Positions 9,444 to 18,300 of a stretch of DNA of 59,700 nucleotides are shown one piece after another; positions within the stretch are counted from its first letter, which is position 1; each line of letters starts with the position of its first letter. The position numbers and the translations under genes were made by a program. The stretch is taken from NCBI GenBank assembly GCA_963614045.1, contig CAVEBU010000004.1:1-59700 (forward strand). Direction: 5' to 3'. The DNA comes from Alistipes finegoldii. Its GTDB lineage: Bacteria; Bacillota; Clostridia; Christensenellales; UBA1242. Under the pieces are notes generated by a model. That model searched no databases. It was not told the DNA's origin and worked only from the letters and a program-made list of their open reading frames with translations.

Positions 9444-9926
9444 ATGGAAAAAAGTATTAAGATTTTAGTTATTAGTAACACGAGGGGCAACACTGGTCCG
9501 ATTTGGACAGCGATTGACAAAGAACACCCCGATGTAATTTTTCACTTGGGCGATGGCATCAAAGATTTGGCTGACGTAAATTTTACCGGCAAAATCTACG
9601 TTGTTCGTGGTAGCGGAGATTTTGTCAAACACAAACGTATCCCGTTTGCCACAAGAATTAGCTTTGGTCACGAATTTATGCTGTTGACTCACGGCGACAA
9701 CTATTTCGCAAAGGACCGACAAAAGCTATGCAATTTCGCCTCAGCGCAAGGGGCGACAATGGTTCTTTTCGGCAATGATGATGAACCCGCTTATTTTGAG
9801 CTAAACGGCATAAAATTTGTATGTCCAGGTTCTCTTTGTGACCGAATGACAGCGACTTACGTCATTATTGAAATCGACGAAGATGGCAACCTTGATATTC
9901 AACACCACAGGCTGATTGACGAATAA
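9444..9926 (+). CDS. metallophosphoesterase-fold protein (YfcE/MJ0936-like) with substituted metal-ligand motifs
   Basis: Motif order matches the family but is changed: SNTRG (for SDTHG), HLGD, GSGD (for GNxD), THGD (for THGH), GNDD (for GHTH), CPGS. The track start TTG 9426 lies inside the promoter, so ATG 9444 was chosen. Confidence 0.6.
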   Translation: MEKSIKILVISNTRGNTGPIWTAIDKEHPDVIFHLGDGIKDLADVNFTGKIYVVRGSGDFVKHKRIPFATRISFGHEFMLLTHGDNYFAKDRQKLCNFASAQGATMVLFGNDDEPAYFELNGIKFVCPGSLCDRMTATYVIIEIDEDGNLDIQHHRLIDE

Positions 9927-9974
9927 TTCCCCCCTTAATTTGTGTGTGAGATTATGCAAAATCACTTAAAACAA

Positions 9975-10000
9975 AACACGCCCTTTGGGGTGTGTTTTTT
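9975..10000. terminator. bidirectional rho-independent terminator
   Basis: Stem ACACGCCC/GGGTGTGT (one G-T pair), loop TTTG, T-run on the plus strand and TTTTGTTTT on the minus strand. Abuts the stop codon of the 10002 ORF. Confidence 0.65.
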
Positions 10001-10001
10001 A

Positions 10002-10289
10002 CTACGCAATAGCGTCAAAATTTTCAGGAGCACTTGTGGATATAATGGCACTTTGATAGTAAGGTGCGTAATTTTCGAAATTCGACTTGCCACCCGTTCG
10101 CCCACTGCTACCGACGTGATAAATGAAATGAAAACAAATGAAAATTGACACGAAAGCAATCAGCATACCAATTACTATGCCCAAGATTGTTCGCACAAAG
10201 AAGCTTGTCGACTGCCTTTGATTCATATTCATTTCGCTATAATTTGCCTTTTCTTCAGGCCTCAAACGTCTTTTCTTTTTTCTACGCAT
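10002..10289 (-). CDS. small single-pass membrane protein, unknown function
   Basis: 95 aa with basic N-terminus MRRKKKRRLR and one hydrophobic helix (ILGIVIGMLIAFVSIFICFHFIY). GAAGG RBS. Lies 47 nt downstream of the Cys/Asp-rich gene and ends at a terminator. Confidence 0.5.
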   Translation of the reverse strand: MRRKKKRRLRPEEKANYSEMNMNQRQSTSFFVRTILGIVIGMLIAFVSIFICFHFIYHVGSSGRTGGKSNFENYAPYYQSAIISTSAPENFDAIA

Positions 10290-10336
10290 TTAATTCGCCT
10301 TCTTTTTACAAAATTCCGCCCCTCAACAAACAAGCA

Positions 10337-11137
10337 TTATCTAATCTTATAGAATTCCGCAACACGATTACCCAATTCCATATAGTAAAAACGAACACTT
10401 TTTACCGAATGCAAAAGGTTGTTCAAGCTGATTAACAGTGCGTTAAAAATCTTGAGATTTTGCATTTCAATCGCCTCAAACATCGCATTTATAGTGATAT
10501 TCAAGTCTGCCAAGCGGTCGGGCTTGATTTTACTATCTAGCGCAATCGTGTCCCGAATTTGCACCAAAATCGTATTCACGTCGTCAAAAAATTCATCCAC
10601 GACATCAACAGGTTCGCTCGCTCCCGTACAATCTTCACAATCACAACAATCGCACTCGTCCTCGCAATCACAATCACAATCACAATCATCTTCACAATCA
10701 GCACAGTGGCAAACGTCTGATTCGCTATCGTTATTTGCATTTACCCAATCGCACAAGTAGTGGCAAAACGGGTCAATTAACTCGTTGTTAAACCGCTCAA
10801 AACTCTCCGCTAAAGTATCAGCTTTGCAATATTGATCCACGAATTCCTGCAAATCTAACCGCCTTGCGTCAATTTCACTCAACAAACTAAACACAAAGGC
10901 GATAATTTTGCGAGGTTCGGACGGCAACAATTCCCGAGAATTACTGCGAGTAAGATTTTCAAGTTCGTTCAAAAAGTTGTAGCCGACCAGCGTTTCCCCC
11001 ACAACCTCAACTAAAATCGGGTTGGACACGATACTGCGCAAAATCGCACTAACCTTTGCGTCAGCCAAAATGATTTTTGACTCCTTTAACTCCTTGCACG
11101 CATTTACGAATTCCTCAAAAGTTTCTTTTGTAGCCAT
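10337..11137 (-). CDS. acidic protein with central Cys/Asp cluster, unknown function
   Basis: 266 aa with GGAG RBS. Residues 143-170 read CHCADCEDDCDCDCDCEDECDCCDCEDC, flanked by helical-looking segments. Confidence 0.6.
   Translation of the reverse strand: MATKETFEEFVNACKELKESKIILADAKVSAILRSIVSNPILVEVVGETLVGYNFLNELENLTRSNSRELLPSEPRKIIAFVFSLLSEIDARRLDLQEFVDQYCKADTLAESFERFNNELIDPFCHYLCDWVNANNDSESDVCHCADCEDDCDCDCDCEDECDCCDCEDCTGASEPVDVVDEFFDDVNTILVQIRDTIALDSKIKPDRLADLNITINAMFEAIEMQNLKIFNALLISLNNLLHSVKSVRFYYMELGNRVAEFYKIR
10665..10688. repeat. in-frame hexanucleotide microsatellite (CAATCA)x4 inside the Cys/Asp-cluster gene
   Basis: Four perfect tandem copies on the plus strand, encoding the (DC)n run on the minus strand. 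Confidence 0.9.
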
Positions 11138-11247
11138 TACTTAAACTCCTATTTTTAGACTATACTATAACTATATCACAATTTAACCAAAAACAAAAAC
11201 GTTTTGCAAGAATTTTAAGAAATTTTTTGAAATTAAATGTATTTTGG

Positions 11248-11277
11248 TTGCGTAATGCCGTATTCGTGTGTTATAAT
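11248..11277 (+). promoter_or_regulatory. sigma-A type promoter of the DUF4364-like gene
   Basis: TTGCGT (11248-11253), 18-nt spacer with TG, TATAAT (11272-11277). Lies downstream of the track ATG 11237, which supports the GTG 11303 start. Confidence 0.55.
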
Positions 11278-11302
11278 TGAAGTATTGATTAGGAGGCTTA
11301 TC

Positions 11303-11845
11303 GTGAAACTAGAATTTAGCAACGATGATTTTCAAACAAAGCTTATGCTACTTTATATGCTTGAGCAAATTGAAATCCCACTAAGCGAGCAATTTATACT
11401 CGATATTTGTACCACTCGCAACGATTGGATTAATTATATGGAATGCGTGAGCGTTTTTCACGACTTGTTGCGTGACGGGTTTATTTACACCCCCGATTCT
11501 CTAGATAACAAGCGTTGCAGATACACCCTCACAGCAAAGGGTCGTAGCGGTCTCAGTATTTATTATGAGGAAGTTCCTGAAGATTTACGCAAATCAATCA
11601 GTGAATTTTGCAAGACAAATCGTATGTATTTCAAGCGCTTGCAAGAGTATGTCGCTGATTTTAGCAAAAATAGTGACGGCTCTTATCTCGTCGTATTGCA
11701 AATTATTGAAACGACCAACAGCGAGCCGATGTTTGAGATAAAAATCAATATGCAAACCCGAGCCGATGCGGTCAAGGCGGTGGAAATTTGGACAACCAAA
11801 GCGCCGAATTTTTACGAATTCGTGTACACGAATCTCTTAAGTTAG
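11303..11845 (+). CDS. DUF4364-like (PadR-like winged-helix) protein
   Basis: GTG start 6 nt after AGGAGG. N-terminal KLMLLYMLEQIEIPLSEQFILDI pattern and ~180 aa length resemble clostridial DUF4364 proteins. Confidence 0.5.
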   Translation: MKLEFSNDDFQTKLMLLYMLEQIEIPLSEQFILDICTTRNDWINYMECVSVFHDLLRDGFIYTPDSLDNKRCRYTLTAKGRSGLSIYYEEVPEDLRKSISEFCKTNRMYFKRLQEYVADFSKNSDGSYLVVLQIIETTNSEPMFEIKINMQTRADAVKAVEIWTTKAPNFYEFVYTNLLS

Positions 11846-11860
11846 CCTCCCGCCCGATTT

Positions 11861-11887
11861 AAAAGGATATAGTCCTTTTATTTTTTT
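11861..11887 (+). terminator. rho-independent terminator
   Basis: Stem AAAAGGA/TCCTTTT, loop TATAG, followed by ATTTTTTT. Confidence 0.6.
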
Positions 11888-11948
11888 ATCCCAATTTTAA
11901 GTAAACACCCAAATTTGATAAAGTATAGAAGTCAATCTCTACAAAAAC

Positions 11949-12035
11949 GGGGGGGCTTGGTGCGTGCGTTCGTGCCGAACGCACCCCGCCCCGCAAAAGC
12001 GGGGCAAATACGCTGAAAGCGTATGCACCAAGCCC
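11949..12035. repeat. GC-rich four-way-junction repeat, copy 2
   Basis: Same architecture as copy 1. H1 loop is TGC, H2 is GCCCCGC-AAAA-GCGGGGC, H3 loop is GAA. On the minus strand it is followed by GTTTTT. Confidence 0.85.
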
Positions 12036-12152
12036 TCTAGTTCTATAAATCAAAGACACACCGCAGTATCCAACTCACACAAACTGATTTGGCAATATAA
12101 AACTAACCCCACTCCAAACGGGTGAGATTTTTGGATACGATTTATGCTATTC

Positions 12153-12263
12153 TTATGGGAAAACAGTTACAACTGCAACGAGAACGGCACAAAAACTTGC
12201 CATAATTGTTGCGAATTTACTCCAAAAAGCCTTGTTCTTGGGACAAATAATGTGAAATTTCAT
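12153..12263 (-). CDS. candidate small membrane peptide (36 aa): MKFHIICPKNKAFWSKFATIMASFCAVLVAVVTVFP
   Basis: Not in the ORF track (below the size cutoff). AGGAGG lies 8 nt before the ATG, with its own promoter at 12291-12318. The C-terminal half is hydrophobic. Confidence 0.4.
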   Translation of the reverse strand: MKFHIICPKNKAFWSKFATIMASFCAVLVAVVTVFP

Positions 12264-12290
12264 AATAACGCCCTCCTAAATATCGACTTA

Positions 12291-12318
12291 ATTTTATCAC
12301 AAACTTCCGCAAATTCAA
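12291..12318 (-). promoter_or_regulatory. sigma-A type promoter of the 36-aa ORF
   Basis: Minus strand: TTGAAT (12313-12318), 16-nt spacer, extended -10 TGaTAAAAT (-10 box at 12291-12296). Confidence 0.5.
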
Positions 12319-12372
12319 AACAATTTAGCCCGCTTTTTTAAAATTTCTATTTTTTTGTCACCCTCGCAACCA

Positions 12373-12404
12373 AACAAAAAAGAGCGAGGTCAAAACCTCG
12401 CTCT
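12373..12404 (-). terminator. rho-independent terminator of the lipoprotein gene
   Basis: Stem AGAGCGAGGT/ACCTCGCTCT, loop CAAA. Followed on the minus strand by TTTTTTGTTTG. Confidence 0.75.
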
Positions 12405-12454
12405 TTCCCCAACGAAAAATCTATTCGTACGAATTTTGTCATATAATAACTCTA

Positions 12455-13981
12455 CTAGGCAGAAGGAGTCACTACTTTATTAGGTTCCATCTTAGTACCA
12501 CCTACAGTTACAGTACCGAGTGTAGCATTGTTGTAGTTAACATACAAAATGTTCAAGTTAACCTTTGACTCCTCACTCTCAGCCTCAACCTTTTCGTACT
12601 TAACATCACCAGAAACTGTCACATTAGGAACATCTTCGGCACCCAACCAGTCACAAGCTTCTATAACGATTACGTCACCAGTAGAGCAACAACCATTGTC
12701 ATAATGCTTAAATTCTGAACCCGTCCACCAAGCCTTAAACGTACCACCATTGATTGTAGTGTTACCACTCTTAATGTAAAGAGCTGTCGCACCATAAAGC
12801 GTAGCACCGGTAATATTTACAGTGTCGTTATTTGCAACATACAACGCAACTGTAGCTTTTGAAGTAATATCAGCATCGCTATTGATTGCCAATGTTACAC
12901 CACCTTCGTCTTTATAAGGGCTAGTACTTACACCATTTGAGTAAGAATAAATCTTACCGTTAATTACCACATTTGATTGCTTGAAAGCAAACACACCTTG
13001 AGCGTTAGAATAGATTGAAGCACCTTTCTCCATATTAAATGTTGAGTGGTCAACAATAACTGCTGTTGCCAATCCATTTCTAAGGTCACCAATATAATCA
13101 GCCTTTGAACCAGATGCCATTGTCATTTTTGCACCGTCAAACAGGCCTACTGCCGCATTAAGAACGTTAGTCTCTACTACAGCACACTTGTTAATAACTT
13201 GTGTTCCATTTCCCAGCACAACTTGTGGGTGATACAACTCTTTATCATTTACATCACCAGCAACAAAGACAGTCAAAGGATAATCTGTTGTTGTAGCAAC
13301 AACTTTGTCTAGTGTCAAGATACCGTTGTGGTCTTTTACCCACGCAACCCAATACTTTGACTCGATTGCACCATTTGTAATAGTAAACTTTGGAGCAGTG
13401 TTGCTCTCGCTTGCACAAACATCAAAGAACTTATCACCCTTTAATGTGAATCCACCAAGATCCATCACACAATCAAAGTCAATTGTAAAGTATGGGCAAT
13501 CATCATAACCAGCAGTTGATTCTGTAAGAGTTATATCATTTTTAAGCACGATTTTGCTTGTCTTTGATTCAATTGCAGTCTTAAATTCTGCTTCAGTTGA
13601 AACTTCCACAGCAACATCCCAGTGAGCGTAAACAGTTGCTTCTTTTTGTGAACCCAAAGCGTCGCTAACTTTAGTAACTTCCTTGCCACCCTCTTTCTCT
13701 GTATACCAACCAGCAAAAGTATATGCAGTTGTAGTAGTATCTGCTCTATTTACAGACTTCTTGGCATCCTTAAGGATATCTGCTAACTTAGAGTCCTTGG
13801 TTGCATCATTTTTAACAAAAGTTGTCTCAGTAGCAGTAGTACCAAAATATCCGCCGTTTGCGTCAAAGGTAACTTTGTAAGTTTCTGCGCCACAACCAGC
13901 AAGACCAAAAAGACATGCAGTAATCAAAATGCTGCAAATCATTAAAGGCAATGCCCATAATTTCTTTCCAAAAGAATTCAT
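12455..13981 (-). CDS. surface lipoprotein with Listeria-Bacteroides type repeat and a probable beta-helix region
   Basis: Signal peptide with lipobox LAGC. YKVTFDANGG...YTFAGWYTEKEGGKEV...VYAHW matches the Listeria-Bacteroides (Flg_new) repeat. The rest is rich in G/N/T/V short beta-strand repeats. Confidence 0.65.
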   Translation of the reverse strand: MNSFGKKLWALPLMICSILITACLFGLAGCGAETYKVTFDANGGYFGTTATETTFVKNDATKDSKLADILKDAKKSVNRADTTTTAYTFAGWYTEKEGGKEVTKVSDALGSQKEATVYAHWDVAVEVSTEAEFKTAIESKTSKIVLKNDITLTESTAGYDDCPYFTIDFDCVMDLGGFTLKGDKFFDVCASESNTAPKFTITNGAIESKYWVAWVKDHNGILTLDKVVATTTDYPLTVFVAGDVNDKELYHPQVVLGNGTQVINKCAVVETNVLNAAVGLFDGAKMTMASGSKADYIGDLRNGLATAVIVDHSTFNMEKGASIYSNAQGVFAFKQSNVVINGKIYSYSNGVSTSPYKDEGGVTLAINSDADITSKATVALYVANNDTVNITGATLYGATALYIKSGNTTINGGTFKAWWTGSEFKHYDNGCCSTGDVIVIEACDWLGAEDVPNVTVSGDVKYEKVEAESEESKVNLNILYVNYNNATLGTVTVGGTKMEPNKVVTPSA

Positions 13982-14066
13982 TTTAAACTTCTCCCTTTAC
14001 TTGAATTATCGTATTTTAAGAAATCTGACAACTCGACTTTTCGGGCTATCATATCTTATGTTCATT

Positions 14067-14095
14067 ATTATAACATGCAAAAATTTTTAAGTCAA
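14067..14095 (-). promoter_or_regulatory. sigma-A type promoter of the lipoprotein gene
   Basis: Minus strand: TTGACT (14090-14095), 17-nt spacer, TATAAT (14067-14072). Confidence 0.6.
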
Positions 14096-14371
14096 CTCTT
14101 TTCACATCATTTTTAATATATTTTTTTATACTTTAATTATTTTTAAAACATTGTTTGTAAAAAACTTTGTATTTACTTATCAAAAAACGCAAGATTTAAG
14201 CCAAATAGCACGAATTTTGAGGATAAAACTACCCGCAAAATTCTCTTCTTTTCGACCTTTAACACGCATAATTTACAAGTTTAGCCACACAAAAATATCA
14301 TTTGCCCGCAACAAATTTATAAAAAACCAAAAGAAATATATGCTTATTGCTTTGATTTTGTGACAAAATTT

Positions 14372-15502
14372 TTAAACAAACTCAAAAAGTTTACTGATAA
14401 TTGTGTTTGTCATATAAAAATTTGTGGCGACAGCGAAGCCATTTTTGATTTCGAGTAATTTTGCGGTATTTACTAGATAATCGATAGATTTGCGGTGTTC
14501 AGCAAGAAAATCTGCATTAAAAATAGTGTTGTATTCCTCTATATTTAGCCCTTTGGCAGTGCGAAGTGCTAGCATAATAAACTCTTCCTTTGCGGTCGTA
14601 AGATTTTCTTTTTCGATATTGATTGCGGACTGTGTGGGATTTGACAGATATGCATTAAAATCTGCAGTATTTTCCCAATGCGTGCCGTCCATAAAGGAAA
14701 ACGCACCTAGCCCCACCCCCAAATACTCTTTTCTATGCCAGTAATTTAGATTGTGTTTTGACTCATACCCAAGCTTTGAAAAATTGCTAATTTCATACCG
14801 CAAAAACCCAAATTTTGCCAAATAGTCCACCACGAAATCATACATATTAACGACGTCAAGCGGGTCGGGTTCGCTTAACTTACCCGCAAGAATTTTTTGC
14901 GTCAGCGGAGTATTAGGCTCGTTAATTAGGCTGTATGCCGAAATATGCGTAATCGGTAATTCTAGCACGTTGTCCACCAAATTTTTGACGTCAAAAATCG
15001 TTTGCGTAGGAATTCCAATCATTATATCAATATTGATGTCGTTTATGCCCACATTTTTTGCCAACCGAACAGCACGAACGCAATCAAGAAAATCGTGCTT
15101 TCTATTGAGCAACGCCAAGTGTTTCGGGTTAATCGCTTGCAAGCCCAAACTCAATCTATCACAGCCAGCACTCGCAAATTCACTCGCTTTGCTTTCGTCG
15201 AAACTATTTGGGTTTGCCTCAATCGTGATACTTTCGCAAGCGGACAAGTCGTAATTTGTACGCACGCAGTCAAGAATTTGCGTAATTGAATTTTCAGGCA
15301 AAACACTTGGAGTACCACCACCTATATACACAGTATAGACTTGTCTGTCCGCATATTTTTTGCTTTTATCGGCGATTTCCTTACAGAGAGCGTCAACATA
15401 AATTTGTTTTTTCTCTTTGTCTGCTACGAAAGAACAAAAATCGCAATAGCTACATTTTGACACGCAAAAAGGGATATGGATATATAGAGAAAATTTGCTC
15501 AT
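14372..15502 (-). CDS. hemW: radical SAM heme chaperone HemW (HemN-like, oxygen-independent coproporphyrinogen oxidase family)
   Basis: 376 aa. CVSKCSYCDFC radical-SAM CxxxCxxC near the N-terminus and GGGTPS motif. Sits directly downstream of lepA, as is conserved in Bacillota. Confidence 0.85.
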   Translation of the reverse strand: MSKFSLYIHIPFCVSKCSYCDFCSFVADKEKKQIYVDALCKEIADKSKKYADRQVYTVYIGGGTPSVLPENSITQILDCVRTNYDLSACESITIEANPNSFDESKASEFASAGCDRLSLGLQAINPKHLALLNRKHDFLDCVRAVRLAKNVGINDINIDIMIGIPTQTIFDVKNLVDNVLELPITHISAYSLINEPNTPLTQKILAGKLSEPDPLDVVNMYDFVVDYLAKFGFLRYEISNFSKLGYESKHNLNYWHRKEYLGVGLGAFSFMDGTHWENTADFNAYLSNPTQSAINIEKENLTTAKEEFIMLALRTAKGLNIEEYNTIFNADFLAEHRKSIDYLVNTAKLLEIKNGFAVATNFYMTNTIISKLFEFV

Positions 15503-15513
15503 ATTCCACCCCT

Positions 15514-17313
15514 TTAATCGATTTTTAGAATAGATATAAAGGCATCACTCGGCACTTCAACTGAACCGATATTCCGCATTTTCTTTTTGCCTTCTTTCTG
15601 TTTCTCGAGCAGTTTGCGTTTTCTTGTTACGTCACCGCCGTAACACTTCGCCAGAACGTCCTTGCGGTACGCTTTAACCGTTTCACGAGCGATAATTTTA
15701 CCCCCGATTGCAGCCTGAATCGGCACTTCAAATTGCTGTCTAGGAATAACGTCCTTTAACTTCTCCGCCATTGCTTTGCCCCGCTCGTACGCTTTGTCCG
15801 TATGCACAATCATACTCAACGCATCACAGACTTCGCCTTTTAGCAAAATATCAAGCTTAACTAACTTGCTAGGGCGATAATCACTTATTTCGTAATCAAG
15901 ACTTGCGTAGCCACGAGTTTTGCTTTTTAAGTTGTCGAAGAAGTCGTAAATTATCTCATTTAGCGGAATTGAGTAGTCTAGTCTTACCCGCTTTTCGTCC
16001 AAATACTCCATACCAGTATTTTCGCCACGACGTTCCACACACAAATCCATAATTGCCCCCATATATTCGGGCGGAGTAAACACACGCATATTTACATAAG
16101 GTTCTTCCATACGGCTAATCAGCGAAACATCAGGGAGATTACTTGGGTTACTAACTTCCAGCATTTCGCCGTCCGTTTTGTAAACGTGATAATTCACACC
16201 TGGCGCAGTTGTGATTATATCAAGGTTGAATTCCCGCTCAAGTCGTTCTTGAATAATTTCCATATGCAAAAGTCCCAAAAATCCACAACGGAACCCGAAC
16301 CCTAGCGCAATAGATGTTTCGGGCTGATATTCTAGCGAACTGTCGTTGAGCTTGAGTTTTTCCAAAGCATCCTTTAATTCGCCGTATTTACTGCCGTCCA
16401 CTGGGAAAATTCCGCTAAACACAACGGGCTGAACTTGTTTGTATCCCGCCAAAGACTCACTTGTGGGATTTTCCGCATTGGTAATTGTGTCGCCAACCCT
16501 CGCCTCACTAACTTTCTTGATGCTTGCCGAAATGTAACCAACTTCGCCCGCCAACAGCTCTTCGCAGGGCTTTGCTTTTGGCGTAAAATAACCGACTTCA
16601 GTTACTTCAAAAGTATTGTTCGAATGCATAAATTTGATTTTGTCGCCAGGACGAACCGAACCATCAAATACACGCACTAGACAAATTGCGCCCTTGAAAT
16701 TGTCGTAATAACTATCAAACACAAGACATTTTAACGGCGCATCTTCCTTGCCTTTTGGCGCAGGAAATTCCTCCACAATCGCTTCTAGCACCTTGTCAAT
16801 GTTTATACCCTCTTTCGCCGAAATGCAAGGAGCGTGCATAGCGGGAATTGAAATTACGTCCTCAATTTCCTTTTTAACTTTTTCAGGCTCGGCACTCGGC
16901 AAGTCGATTTTGTTTATAACAGGCAAAATTTCTAGACGGTTGTCTAGCGCAAGATGAACATTTGCCAAAGTTTGCGCTTCCACCCCTTGCCCTGCGTCAA
17001 CGATTAAAATCGCCCCCTCGCAAGCGGCGAGCGAACGGCTTACCTCATATGTAAAATCGACATGACCTGGCGTGTCTATAAGATTTAGGATATACTCCTG
17101 ACCTTTATAATTATATTTCATACGAGTCGGAGTAAGCTTGATAGTTATACCCCGTTCACGCTCCAAATCCATACTGTCAAGCAACTGTTCTTGCAAATCT
17201 CTAGTAGCGACTGTGCCTGTAAATTCTAGCAGTCTGTCCGCCAAAGTACTCTTGCCGTGGTCGATGTGCGCAACTATACAAAAGTTGCGAATATATTTTT
17301 GTCTGTCTTGCAT
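15514..17313 (-). CDS. lepA: translation elongation factor 4 (LepA)
   Basis: 599 aa. [23 protein letters not shown]1 motif, DTPGHVDF G3, NKID G4, characteristic C-terminal domain. Confidence 0.97.
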   Translation of the reverse strand: MQDRQKYIRNFCIVAHIDHGKSTLADRLLEFTGTVATRDLQEQLLDSMDLERERGITIKLTPTRMKYNYKGQEYILNLIDTPGHVDFTYEVSRSLAACEGAILIVDAGQGVEAQTLANVHLALDNRLEILPVINKIDLPSAEPEKVKKEIEDVISIPAMHAPCISAKEGINIDKVLEAIVEEFPAPKGKEDAPLKCLVFDSYYDNFKGAICLVRVFDGSVRPGDKIKFMHSNNTFEVTEVGYFTPKAKPCEELLAGEVGYISASIKKVSEARVGDTITNAENPTSESLAGYKQVQPVVFSGIFPVDGSKYGELKDALEKLKLNDSSLEYQPETSIALGFGFRCGFLGLLHMEIIQERLEREFNLDIITTAPGVNYHVYKTDGEMLEVSNPSNLPDVSLISRMEEPYVNMRVFTPPEYMGAIMDLCVERRGENTGMEYLDEKRVRLDYSIPLNEIIYDFFDNLKSKTRGYASLDYEISDYRPSKLVKLDILLKGEVCDALSMIVHTDKAYERGKAMAEKLKDVIPRQQFEVPIQAAIGGKIIARETVKAYRKDVLAKCYGGDVTRKRKLLEKQKEGKKKMRNIGSVEVPSDAFISILKID

Positions 17314-17465
17314 AAATGCCCCTTATTCTTAAAATTTATCAAATTATACATAAAATATCACAAAAAATCAATAGAAATTACCCTAAATTGCTAAAAAATA
17401 TGTGATTTTACTAGCAAAATGCAAAATTTTTTGATATAATAGAAAAAATTGAATAAGGGATGTTT

Positions 17466-18206
17466 ATGGAAAAAAGTTTAGATTGGTTATTTAATAAGTT
17501 TATTGCGCACAAGGGATTTTGGAATGAGAGCGCACCCGAAAATTCACTTGGCGCAATGGAAAACGCTATCAAAAAGCAATACGCAATCGAAATGGATGTG
17601 CGTATGCTTGCTGACGGCGAATTGGCAGTTTTTCACGACAAAGAATTGTCAAGGCTCACAGGTCAAGACGGGTATTTGTCAAATGTTAAAAGTGACGAAC
17701 TCAAGAATTACTTTCTTAACGGTACAAAATTCACTATCCCTACCCTAAAAGATGCGCTTGAGTTTATTAACGGCAGAACACCCGTTATCCTCGATTTAAA
17801 AAATGAAGCAACAAATTCGGGCGCTTTTGAAAGTAAGATTTTGGAAACGATTGCATCTTATTCGGGCGATATCGCAGTAATGTCTTTTAACCCGCTCACT
17901 TTGGAGTGGTTTAACAAAAATGCGCCAAATATCCCTCGTGGACTACTCAGCACACGTTGGACAAAAGATTTGGCGGACAGACCCGACTCTTTTATAAAAA
18001 GATTTGTAACATCGCACAATATTTTGCGCAAACGTGCGAACCCCGACTTTTTGGCATATAACATAAAGCAGTTGCCCACAATTAGAACTCGCATATTCAA
18101 GAAAATTCTACTGATTGGCTGGACTGTAGAAACGCAAGAAGAATATCTTGAAAAGATAAAATATGTGGACAATATCATATTCGAGGGTTTTGAGCCTAAA
18201 ATTTAA
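17466..18206 (+). CDS. glycerophosphodiester phosphodiesterase (GDPD) family protein
   Basis: HKG...ENSLGAMENAI...IEMDVRMLADGELAVFHD matches the GDPD catalytic H/E/D pattern. ATG 17466 preferred over 17460 on RBS spacing. Confidence 0.8.
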   Translation: MEKSLDWLFNKFIAHKGFWNESAPENSLGAMENAIKKQYAIEMDVRMLADGELAVFHDKELSRLTGQDGYLSNVKSDELKNYFLNGTKFTIPTLKDALEFINGRTPVILDLKNEATNSGAFESKILETIASYSGDIAVMSFNPLTLEWFNKNAPNIPRGLLSTRWTKDLADRPDSFIKRFVTSHNILRKRANPDFLAYNIKQLPTIRTRIFKKILLIGWTVETQEEYLEKIKYVDNIIFEGFEPKI

Positions 18207-18242
18207 TTAGCCTAAAATGGCTTTTTATTTTTACAAAAGGGG

Positions 18243-18270
18243 TTGACAAAAAATTTTTTTATGGTAGAAT
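18243..18270 (+). promoter_or_regulatory. sigma-A type promoter
   Basis: TTGACA (18243-18248), 16-nt spacer, extended -10 TGgTAGAAT (-10 box at 18265-18270). Confidence 0.6.
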
Positions 18271-18300
18271 AGTGTTACTAAATTTAAAAGAGGTAAAATT

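Noticed and set aside
12144-12341. 65-aa plus-strand track ORF
   Set aside because: It has no RBS or promoter. The opposite strand carries a promoter, an AGGAGG RBS and a 36-aa ORF, which explains the region better.
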